64,000 bases of DNA, from the NCBI GenBank assembly GCA_038105035.1, contig JAYOBT010000005.1:12676-76675 (forward strand), given 5' to 3'. Of this stretch, positions 28,046 through 36,603 are shown one piece after another. The DNA comes from Candidatus Poseidoniales archaeon (GTDB lineage Archaea > Thermoplasmatota > Poseidoniia > Poseidoniales > Poseidoniaceae). Both the position numbers and the translations under genes were made by a program. The notes beneath the pieces are model-generated. The model did not search any database. It saw only the letters and a list, made by a program, of their open reading frames with translations, and had not been told where the DNA came from. Within the stretch, counting starts at the first letter, position 1, and every line of letters starts with the position of its first letter.

Positions 28046-30640
28046 ATGAATCAGCAACGGACTGCACTCTTTTTGTGTAGCCTAATGCTCATTTCAGTCG
28101 TCGCAACACTCCCAGCAGCAGCGGGAGGGCCTCCTGCACAGATTGTGATTTCAACGCCATCTACCGTTATTTCATCCGATGGTGTCTTGCAGATGGAGGC
28201 CACATTGTATGACGCCCTGAACAATGTTGTCGATGGTGAAATCACGTGGTCTGCAACAAATGGAACCATCGAAGATAGCGGTTTGTTCTTCCCTTGGTCA
28301 GCGGGCCAAGTGACCATTCGGGCTGAGCATGCAGGGTTCAATGACACTGTTGTAGTCACCGTCCAAGCTGGCTTTGGTCAATCCATTGCCATCAACACAT
28401 CCGCTCATCCTCGGGCAAAATTCCCGTTCACCTTGCAAGCAAATCTCATCGATTCGCATGACAACCCCCGGCCGGGACAAGATGTTGTTTGGACCGTCGA
28501 TGGCCTCTATGTTGGACAAGGCGAACCGTCTTGGACGCCCCCTTCACTTGGTTTGTATGAAGTGGTTGCTCGATACGATCAGTTGGAACAGCGCGTGACC
28601 ATGGAAGCCATTGCTGGTGATCCTTACGAGTTCTCTTTCCCATCTGATTTGGTTCTACGAAGTGGTGAAGGCATGCAACTTTACCCTGATTTGCTCGATT
28701 CCTTTGGTCAAAAGATGAACAACACGCTCGCTGGGAACAAGGCTTGGACGGTCGAAAATGGAACGATTACACCTGTTGGCTACTATTATGCCTCAGCCCC
28801 TGGCATCTGGAATCTTTCCGTGCGTGCTGGCTCGGTTTGGGGCAACAGCACCATTCGAGTGGTTCCTGCTGATGCATCCATCGTCGAGATTCAGATTACG
28901 CCTGAAGCAGAAACCTATGTTTCCGGAGAAGTCTATCGCCTCGATGCCATTCGCACAGATTCGCAAGGTTACTCTTCCCCAGTTCCGGTTCCTATTGGAA
29001 ATTGGACCGTAGGCAATGGTATTCTGTCACAAGCCGATGATGAAGTGCATTGGACACCCGGACAAGCCGGAGAATTCACCTTGCACGTCGTTGATTCAGA
29101 TGTCCCAGCAACCATGAACGTCGACGTGATGCATGGTTCTGCTGATGCTACACGCTTGGTTCCAAGCCAATCAAGTGTAACAGCAGGAACGCAACTCGTT
29201 TTGGTGCATGAAGCCATCGACTCCTTCGGAAATGTGTGGCAGGTCGATGCCAATATCTCACAAACTGAGGGCGTTCACGCGGGTGTTGACATCTTCTCGT
29301 CGTATGTTTCCGTGATGCCAAAGGAAATGGAAACCATTGGCTTCACTGCCGACTACATCGACACAAACTCAGGTGCAATGTTCCAATCCGTTTGGTCGAA
29401 AGATGTTGAACCAGGCCGCCTCGCCTTCATTGAATTGCCCGAGTCAGGCACAGAAGTTGCAGCAGATTCTTATCTGGATTTCGACCCAGAATTCACCGAT
29501 GCATACGGGAACAGCATTCCCTATGTGGCTGTTAATTGGACCATATCTGGTGCGGACCGGACCCTCGAAATTCGGATGGCAGATGGGAAATGGTACCCAA
29601 CCCAAACCGGTGAGCACGAAGTTCGTGCCAATGCGGATGGTGTCTTTGCGTCAGTTCGCATTAACGTGGTTCCTGGGTCTGGGACTTCCTTGGTATCCGA
29701 TAGTGACGATGGCTTAACCATCGAAGCGGGCGTCCCATTCGATTTGTTTGTCGAACTAGTTGATGTCCATGGGAACACCGCTCCAGCAGAAAACGTCGAA
29801 CTGATGAGCGGTGAGTATGTTGTCTTGGAGGCTTCCTCAAGTGGCCGTGGTTTCTGGCAACTCACCGGACTTACCAGTGGATTCTACGAACTCGACATTG
29901 CAGAAGGTGAAGCAGAACATTCCATTCCACTTACCATTGTTCCAGGTCAACCCGTCCGAGTCATCACCGGCATGAGCAACGAAACCAGAAGCCAAGGTGA
30001 AGTGACACTCATCACCATATGGGCTGAAGATTCTCAAGGAAATCGAGTTGAAGTCAATCCAGATCAAACCTCGCTTTCCTGTACCTCTGGCAAGGCAACA
30101 CACGTCAAATCGGACACTTGGGAAATTGAACTCGAAGAGGCGGGCGCTGATCGTTCTTGCACAGTTACATGGAATGGATTGATTTCGCAACAATTCTATG
30201 ATGTTGAATCGGTTCTTCTCGGCGGCGCACTGGGTTCAACGAACATGGCCGTGTCGATCATTATCGCTCTAATGCTGCTTATTTTCGTCGTTCTTGTTGT
30301 CCTAATTCGCCGTGGGATTTCAAAAGATGAAGAGTGGGATGAAGAAGAATTCTACGAAGTTTCTGAAGATGATGAAGAACGTTTGGTTGAAAGTGATGAC
30401 GATGCAGTCGAGATGGACGTTCAGGCACCTACGGAAGCACGTGTGGTCGAAGCAACCAATGCGGAACCTGCGCTCGAAGGTACTCTGCGCCAAGAATTGG
30501 CAACAAAAGCAGGCCAGGTCGGTGTTATGCAAGCCGCTCCCGGCACGCAGCAAGGTGAAACAGGATGGTATGTTGATGCGAGCACTGAACTGCAATACTG
30601 GAATGTCGGTCCTGATGGATCTTGGACTCGCGTTCAATGA
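28046..30640 (+). CDS. secreted, C-terminally TM-anchored protein made of Ig-like (Big_2-like) repeats with an acidic Trp-motif tail
   Basis: Signal MNQQRTALFLCSLMLISVVATLPAAAGG, with GGTGA 6 nt upstream of ATG 28046. About eight ~85-aa repeats of the type V.V.P......G..L....A...D..GN. TM helix AVSIIIALMLLIFVVLVVLI. Confidence 0.8.
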   Translation: MNQQRTALFLCSLMLISVVATLPAAAGGPPAQIVISTPSTVISSDGVLQMEATLYDALNNVVDGEITWSATNGTIEDSGLFFPWSAGQVTIRAEHAGFNDTVVVTVQAGFGQSIAINTSAHPRAKFPFTLQANLIDSHDNPRPGQDVVWTVDGLYVGQGEPSWTPPSLGLYEVVARYDQLEQRVTMEAIAGDPYEFSFPSDLVLRSGEGMQLYPDLLDSFGQKMNNTLAGNKAWTVENGTITPVGYYYASAPGIWNLSVRAGSVWGNSTIRVVPADASIVEIQITPEAETYVSGEVYRLDAIRTDSQGYSSPVPVPIGNWTVGNGILSQADDEVHWTPGQAGEFTLHVVDSDVPATMNVDVMHGSADATRLVPSQSSVTAGTQLVLVHEAIDSFGNVWQVDANISQTEGVHAGVDIFSSYVSVMPKEMETIGFTADYIDTNSGAMFQSVWSKDVEPGRLAFIELPESGTEVAADSYLDFDPEFTDAYGNSIPYVAVNWTISGADRTLEIRMADGKWYPTQTGEHEVRANADGVFASVRINVVPGSGTSLVSDSDDGLTIEAGVPFDLFVELVDVHGNTAPAENVELMSGEYVVLEASSSGRGFWQLTGLTSGFYELDIAEGEAEHSIPLTIVPGQPVRVITGMSNETRSQGEVTLITIWAEDSQGNRVEVNPDQTSLSCTSGKATHVKSDTWEIELEEAGADRSCTVTWNGLISQQFYDVESVLLGGALGSTNMAVSIIIALMLLIFVVLVVLIRRGISKDEEWDEEEFYEVSEDDEERLVESDDDAVEMDVQAPTEARVVEATNAEPALEGTLRQELATKAGQVGVMQAAPGTQQGETGWYVDASTELQYWNVGPDGSWTRVQ

Positions 30641-32631
30641 CGGTCAGTGATCTCATGGGTGTAGAAGAACATCGAAACTGGGACGATGTTGATTATTCCA
30701 AATTGATGAGTGGGCAAGCATTCCCAAGCAATTTCATGTGGGGTGTAGCTACAGCCTCGCACCAAATTGAGGGTGGAAACTCCAACAATTGGACTCGATT
30801 TGAACCCGGTTCGAAAAGCGGCCAAGAGAGCGGTGATGCCTGCGATCACTGGAACCGCAAAGAGCAAGATGTTCAACTCATCAAAGACTTGAATGTCACG
30901 CACTACAGGTTTTCACTCGAATGGAGCCGTATCGAACCTGAGATGGGTACTTGGAATCAAGATGCCATCGATTGGTACAGCGACCTTGTCGATCAACTTC
31001 TTTACAACGGAATCCAGCCCATGGTCACACTCCATCACTTTACAAATCCACTCTGGTGGGAAGACATGGGCGCGTTTGAAGATGAAGCAAACATACTCTA
31101 TTGGATTCGATTTTGCTCCAAGATGTTTGAAGTGCTAAGTGACCGAGTTGAGTGGTGGTGCACCATCAATGAACCTGCTGTTTATGCTTCAATGGGGTAT
31201 GTATTGGGGGAATTTCCCCCTGGTGAGCGTTCCTTCAAGAAAACACGAGTGGTTTCATTGAACCTGATGCGAGCGCATGCTCGATGCTATCGGACGCTCA
31301 AGTCAATGGAGAATGGAGCGTCAAGAAAGATTGGATTGGTGAAGAACATCAACATCTTTGATGCGTATCGGCGCTGGAATCCATTGCATCGTTTCCAAGC
31401 AAAGCTCTTGGATGGGATGTTCAACCGATGTTGGATTGATGGTCTGAAAACCGGCCGTTTCAAGCCACCCTCAGCATTCAGGAGCGTTTCTATTGATGGC
31501 CTCAAAGGGAGCAGCGATTTCATCGGCGTGAATTACTACACGCATCTACTCACAACACCATTCATGCCGACCAAGGTTGAGATCGACCCACTCATCCGAC
31601 CTTGGGAGGAACGAACAGATTTCCGCTATCCCATGTATGCTGAAGGGTTGAAGCGTGCATTTGAGATGGTCGCCCCATTGAACATACCAATCATCGTGAC
31701 CGAAAACGGGGTTGCTGATGATGATGATGACATGCGCCCCGAGCATGTCCGGAGACATTTGCAAATCACTGCGGAAGCCATTGGCGATGGTCATGATATC
31801 CGGGGATTCTACCATTGGAGTTTGATGGACAATTTCGAATGGGCCGAGGGATATGAACAGTGTTTTGGATTGTACCATGTTGATTTTGAAACCCAACAAC
31901 GAACGCTTCGTGAGAGTGGGAAGTTGTATGCGGGTATTGCTCAATCGCATCGAATGCCACAAGTGGTTATCCTTGCAGGTGGGCTTGGCACCAGACTTGG
32001 TGACTTGACCAAAAACCAACCAAAGTCATTGATTGAAGTCGCAGGTCAACCTATCTTGGCCCATATCCTCGACTGGGTCAAAGAGCAAGGCTGCAATCGT
32101 GTACTCGTTTTAACAGGACATCATGGTGAACAATTCGAAGGGTTCCATTATCCGGGTATCGACATGACCTTTGTCCAAGAACAGGAGCAATTAGGTACTG
32201 GAGGTGCACTTTGGAACGCTCGTGATTACTTGGAAGAGGAATTCATATTGTTGTGGGGTGACGATTACCACCCAATTCAATATGCGCCATTGATTCATCG
32301 CCATCGAGCAGCAAACTCGACGTTGACCATGACCGTGACAACCGAACATCAAGACAAGAACCTGCACTATGCTGATGGTCGATTGGTTGATTATGGTAAG
32401 CATGACGATGTCCCAGAGGAATTCAATGGATACGAAGCAGGAACGTCCATTGTGAAGAAATCGGTGATCGATGAACACGGTAAAGAGGGCAAGTGGTCAT
32501 GGGAAAAGACGGTATATCCAACCATGTCGAACAACATCCATGTCCATCTTGACAACACAAAATTTTGGGACATGGGGACGCCAGAACGCCTCGAACGCTT
32601 AGAGGAATTCTTCAACGAATCCAGGTCGTGA
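30637..32631 (+). CDS. fusion protein: GH1 beta-glycosidase (N-terminal ~440 aa) plus sugar-1-phosphate nucleotidyltransferase (C-terminal ~230 aa)
   Basis: GH1 motifs: FPSNFMWGVATASHQIEGG, acid/base TINEP (about 31167) and nucleophile VTENG (about 31698). From about 31954 the sequence reads MPQVVILAGGLGTRLGDLTKNQPKSLIEVAG...LGTGGAL...WGDD, a nucleotidyltransferase. The ATG at 30637 overlaps the upstream stop (ATGA). Confidence 0.8.
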   Translation: MTVSDLMGVEEHRNWDDVDYSKLMSGQAFPSNFMWGVATASHQIEGGNSNNWTRFEPGSKSGQESGDACDHWNRKEQDVQLIKDLNVTHYRFSLEWSRIEPEMGTWNQDAIDWYSDLVDQLLYNGIQPMVTLHHFTNPLWWEDMGAFEDEANILYWIRFCSKMFEVLSDRVEWWCTINEPAVYASMGYVLGEFPPGERSFKKTRVVSLNLMRAHARCYRTLKSMENGASRKIGLVKNINIFDAYRRWNPLHRFQAKLLDGMFNRCWIDGLKTGRFKPPSAFRSVSIDGLKGSSDFIGVNYYTHLLTTPFMPTKVEIDPLIRPWEERTDFRYPMYAEGLKRAFEMVAPLNIPIIVTENGVADDDDDMRPEHVRRHLQITAEAIGDGHDIRGFYHWSLMDNFEWAEGYEQCFGLYHVDFETQQRTLRESGKLYAGIAQSHRMPQVVILAGGLGTRLGDLTKNQPKSLIEVAGQPILAHILDWVKEQGCNRVLVLTGHHGEQFEGFHYPGIDMTFVQEQEQLGTGGALWNARDYLEEEFILLWGDDYHPIQYAPLIHRHRAANSTLTMTVTTEHQDKNLHYADGRLVDYGKHDDVPEEFNGYEAGTSIVKKSVIDEHGKEGKWSWEKTVYPTMSNNIHVHLDNTKFWDMGTPERLERLEEFFNESRS

Positions 32632-33432
32632 TGAAACGATAACTTCGTGTTCTGGAAGAACCGATTCGTTCTCAACAAGAACGAGAATCATGCCGCCGAA
32701 ACCACCACCCATCATTCGAGCGCCATGTACGCCATCAATGGATTGTAGGGATTCGACAAGAGCGTCAACTTTGGTTGTACTCACGCCGATTGTTTTCAAT
32801 GATTCGTGTGTTGCATTGAGAAGTTTTCCTAGCGCTTCCTTGTTGGAATCCAACGCTTCTTCGACACGACGATTCTCGGATTCTATGTGATTTCGCTTTG
32901 TCAATTCATTCGAAGTATTCCGATAATCTTCAGAATTCAAAGATCGATGAAGTCCTGAATCAACGAGTTTGAAGATCCAGTCAGGTGGTAGTGCGATCGT
33001 TGTTGAGGTCTTCGTTGAGAAGTCGATGAGGACGCAATGCTCCTCAAGAGAATGCATCATCGTCATTTGATCGAGCAAGCCACAAGGTGTTCCAAGTACA
33101 ACATGCTCCAGTCTTTGTGCTTCTTCACATGCGTCTTGTTTGCTAATGCTGTCTCCATGAACGCACAGAACTACACTCAAGCACAGTGCGGCAGATGAAG
33201 ACATGCCTTTCCCAATTGGAATCGTGCTTGATACCTCCAACTGGGCGGGAGGTCCTCCTGCTTCTCTCCACAATGCCACCACCTCTGGGTCACCGCTGAA
33301 TCCACTTTCAAGAAATTCAGCTTCAAGCACAAGCCGATGTTGGGATGCGAATGCAAGCGAAAGCCCACCCGCATAATCGGTGTGCTCGCCAATGATGTTG
33401 ATTCGACCGGGGATGGATGCACGCCGTTTCAT
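32599..33432 (-). CDS. GHMP-family sugar kinase, short galactokinase-like
   Basis: Galactokinase signature GRINIIGEHTDYAGG, GHMP ATP motif PIGKGMSSSAAL and motif III GARMMGGGFGGMILVL. It is only 277 aa. Confidence 0.75.
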   Translation of the reverse strand: MKRRASIPGRINIIGEHTDYAGGLSLAFASQHRLVLEAEFLESGFSGDPEVVALWREAGGPPAQLEVSSTIPIGKGMSSSAALCLSVVLCVHGDSISKQDACEEAQRLEHVVLGTPCGLLDQMTMMHSLEEHCVLIDFSTKTSTTIALPPDWIFKLVDSGLHRSLNSEDYRNTSNELTKRNHIESENRRVEEALDSNKEALGKLLNATHESLKTIGVSTTKVDALVESLQSIDGVHGARMMGGGFGGMILVLVENESVLPEHEVIVSSRPGFVEEFL

Positions 33433-34400
33433 GCAAGCACATCCTCAGTTCTGTCGAGGTCGAACCAGACGGGATAGTGATCAGATACATCCGAGTCGCT
33501 CATGTCCCTATCGACGCCCCAACGTCCGAAGAATCGGTCCTCAATATCGCTTGTTAGGACAATCCGATCGTAGGCACAATGTGTGTTTTCTGAGAAGGTT
33601 GTATCCGCAGAGTCCGGTACGACCCAGAGATATTCTGGGCTTCGAATCTCAAGTTGATTCAATTCATAGGTCGAAGCATAACTGCAATCTGCATTGAAAT
33701 CACCAAGAAGGATGATGTCGGATTCGGTTGAATTTTGTTTGAATGTTTCAACGACATGATGCAGAGCAGCCGTTTCATTAACCGCATTGGCAGGTTTGGT
33801 ATGTACTGTGATGAATGTCATATCTTCGAGCACTGTTCCATTTTGTGAGAGGAGTTTGAACGATGAAATGTACGGTTCCCTTTGAAATTCATCCAACTCT
33901 GAATCGTTGTGTAACCAGGCAGAATCCAACTGGAAATACGATGTTCGATAGTAGAATGCATACTGTTCTTGTCCTCCCTGGTCGTCTTCTTGTTGCCCAG
34001 AACGTTCACTCAAGGCCATAGCATAGGTTTCATTTGATGCTGAATTGATGGCATCAAGGAAGTCGTAAGGGACGGTCTGATCAAGATCTTTGATTTCTTG
34101 AACGACCACCATATCATAACGTAGGGTAATGTTGACAAGTTCCGAAACAACATCCGCTTTGCTCATTTTCGTCTCACCAAAGACTTTGATGTTGAAGGTT
34201 GCAATTCGTGCAACATCTTCGCGACTTCGTGACTCAGCGCGTGCTTCAGCATCTTCATCTTCTTCTCCCTCAACTTCAACGTAGACGGTTTTCCACAGTG
34301 GGCTTTCATCTTGGTGGACCAAAAGTTGGATGGTCATTGGAAAGAGTACCAACAAGGCTACGAGCATAACGCCTTGCAACGCGTTGTCATGCCGTGCCAT
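33429..34400 (-). CDS. membrane-anchored DNase I-family (EEP) nuclease
   Basis: N-terminal TM helix VMLVALLVLFPMTIQLLV. DNase I blocks follow: IATFNIKVFGETKMSK, VVQEIKD, TVHTKP, LLGDFNADCSY, VPDSADTT, CAYDRIV, SDHYPVWFDL. Confidence 0.85.
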   Translation of the reverse strand: MARHDNALQGVMLVALLVLFPMTIQLLVHQDESPLWKTVYVEVEGEEDEDAEARAESRSREDVARIATFNIKVFGETKMSKADVVSELVNITLRYDMVVVQEIKDLDQTVPYDFLDAINSASNETYAMALSERSGQQEDDQGGQEQYAFYYRTSYFQLDSAWLHNDSELDEFQREPYISSFKLLSQNGTVLEDMTFITVHTKPANAVNETAALHHVVETFKQNSTESDIILLGDFNADCSYASTYELNQLEIRSPEYLWVVPDSADTTFSENTHCAYDRIVLTSDIEDRFFGRWGVDRDMSDSDVSDHYPVWFDLDRTEDVLA

Positions 34401-34488
34401 GGCGTTGCATAAACTCCAATGTTATCAATCATCAAGGTTCATCGTGGACCAAGCATAGGTTCTTGACGCGAATCTCTTTGGTTGCAAC

Positions 34489-35319
34489 ATGGCTGAAGAG
34501 GTCTCTCCAGAAAAGGCGAAGGAAATCGTCGAGATGTTGACAGGAGGCGGTTCAATCGAATCCATCAACACCTCTCTTGCACTTGGGATCTTACCACTGG
34601 TCGAATCCATTGGCGACATGGATCTTTTGCATCGATTGGTCGAACATGCCGAGCAAGTCGCAGAAGATGACATTGAGAAAGGTTGGGCACGGTTCGAGCA
34701 TCTGAAGCGATATACAGGATCCATCGATGATGTTGCAGAATTAGCATTCCATGCTGAATCCTTGCAAAATGGTGCTCCTCTCGCAGCTGCAGTTCTCCAT
34801 CATCACGCACTGATGCTGCTCTCCATCGAGGAGATTGAGTCGGCACAAACCTCCATTCGTCGTTCTCTAACGTTACGAGAATCCATCGAAGATCAGGAAG
34901 GCATTGTTTACGGCTTGGCAGTACTCTCACGCTGTTCGCGACTCAATCAAGATTGGGATTCCGCCATCATCCATGATACCCGCAGGCTTGAATTGGCCAT
35001 ATCCATGCAGAACGATGTCCTCCGCATGGAGGCACTTGCAGATGTTGCTCATGCACAAGCTAGTATCGGTGAACTCGCTACAGCGAGTGAAATGTACCAA
35101 GAAAGTCTTGACTTTGCTAAGCGGCTTGAACATCCCGCTGGTCATCTCGTAGCTAGTTGGGGTCTTGCGGACCTTGCCGAAATTGAGACCAGATACGACG
35201 ATGCCCTGCTGACTTTATCGGATACAATGCACCTGTTCATGCAACTTGGGATCCCTGCCCCGGACCTGCTGAAAAAACGACTCCATGCTCTCACATCACT
35301 CGGTGAAGAAGTCAACTGA
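34489..35319 (+). CDS. helical-repeat (TPR-like) protein, hypothetical
   Basis: Repeated Ala/Leu-rich helix pairs (ALADVAHAQASIGELATASEMYQESLDFAKRLEH...). I did not recognise a catalytic motif. Confidence 0.45.
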   Translation: MAEEVSPEKAKEIVEMLTGGGSIESINTSLALGILPLVESIGDMDLLHRLVEHAEQVAEDDIEKGWARFEHLKRYTGSIDDVAELAFHAESLQNGAPLAAAVLHHHALMLLSIEEIESAQTSIRRSLTLRESIEDQEGIVYGLAVLSRCSRLNQDWDSAIIHDTRRLELAISMQNDVLRMEALADVAHAQASIGELATASEMYQESLDFAKRLEHPAGHLVASWGLADLAEIETRYDDALLTLSDTMHLFMQLGIPAPDLLKKRLHALTSLGEEVN

Positions 35320-35368
35320 GGGTCGAACGGGTTATGTGATTTGACGTATTGGGAAATATGAGGCGAAG

Positions 35369-36601
35369 TTGATGGAACACGACATTTTCTTTTCCATCAG
35401 CCAAACGCCAGACTCGGATGGCCATATTCCGGATGAGCAGACGATGCTTCGAAATTACTTCGAACAACTCGAGTGTGCAGATTCTCTCGGTTTCGGAGTA
35501 GGTTGGATTGCTCAAGCCCATCTCTCAACTGAAACACAAAAATCCAACAGCAAACCAGTTGTACCCCACTGGCAAGGAGAAGTTGGACTCTGCACAGATT
35601 TCCCTCAACTTGCCATGGAATCATTTCGAAGAACCGAGAACATTGAGATTGGTAGCGCTGTCGTTTCGATTCTTGCATCGGGTGGGCCGATTGCACAAGC
35701 GGAGAGAATCGCAAACACCTTGCAACTTCTCGCAGTCGGCAACGATTCCCGCAAACTCCATGTTGGCTTCTCAGCCGGTCGCTTCGAATTCATGGCTCGC
35801 CCATATGGAATTGTTCCACGAACGGCTGTTGAAGAAGCAGCATGGCCAGCATTACGAGGACAAATTTTCCTTGAAGCGAGTGAGGTTTTCCTCCGTTTGC
35901 TGCGAGGCGATGTTGTTTCATCAGATTCCGTTCGCTCGACCATTTTAACCCGTGAGAATTTCAGAAGCGATGAAGATTGGCAGCATGTGCAAGAGGCTCA
36001 CGGTTTCGATGCTGATGCAATCGAAATCGAACGTCGTTACGTGTTTGAAGACATTCGAATCGTTCCAAACACATTCGATCGAAATCAATTGGTGCTCGTA
36101 GCGGGAACCCACGATCCTAAAGCCCAAGTTTTTGTCAACTCCTTCCTCCCAGTCCGGGTGTTCAACCTGTCCATTACACAACCGGAAGTTATCGAAGCGA
36201 CACACGAGCGCATGCGTTCTTGCTTCCATCCAGATGGAGGAGAGTGGAAGCGCTCAGATATGCCACGAACCAGTTTCGTATTTGTGAACGATGAACCGGG
36301 CATGACGCCTCAAGAGCAACGGGAGGCGGCTCATCGAGAAGCAGATGAAGCATTGGGTGCCTATTGGAACGCTCTCGAAGGGACCATCGACCCCAACAAG
36401 GTTCAGAACGCAGCTCAAAACGCATTGATTGGGAACGTCGAAGATGTCGCCAAACAACTCGTCGAACGCTTCCATCCAGAGGACCGTGTCATGGCGTGGT
36501 TCGATTTCTTCAATCATGATAGCGCTCGAGTTTGCCGTAACATGCGAGCTTACATGGAAAAGGTCGCTCCACGTGTCGAGGAACTTCTCAAGGGTGATTG
36601 A
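35369..36601 (+). CDS. luciferase-like (LLM-class) flavin-dependent oxidoreductase, tentative
   Basis: The N-terminal pattern ...YFEQLECADSLGFGVGWIAQAHLS..., then IEIGSAVVSIL...PIAQAERIANTLQLL...GFSAGR, resembles the LLM TIM-barrel family. Confidence 0.5.
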   Translation: MMEHDIFFSISQTPDSDGHIPDEQTMLRNYFEQLECADSLGFGVGWIAQAHLSTETQKSNSKPVVPHWQGEVGLCTDFPQLAMESFRRTENIEIGSAVVSILASGGPIAQAERIANTLQLLAVGNDSRKLHVGFSAGRFEFMARPYGIVPRTAVEEAAWPALRGQIFLEASEVFLRLLRGDVVSSDSVRSTILTRENFRSDEDWQHVQEAHGFDADAIEIERRYVFEDIRIVPNTFDRNQLVLVAGTHDPKAQVFVNSFLPVRVFNLSITQPEVIEATHERMRSCFHPDGGEWKRSDMPRTSFVFVNDEPGMTPQEQREAAHREADEALGAYWNALEGTIDPNKVQNAAQNALIGNVEDVAKQLVERFHPEDRVMAWFDFFNHDSARVCRNMRAYMEKVAPRVEELLKGD

Positions 36602-36603
36602 AC

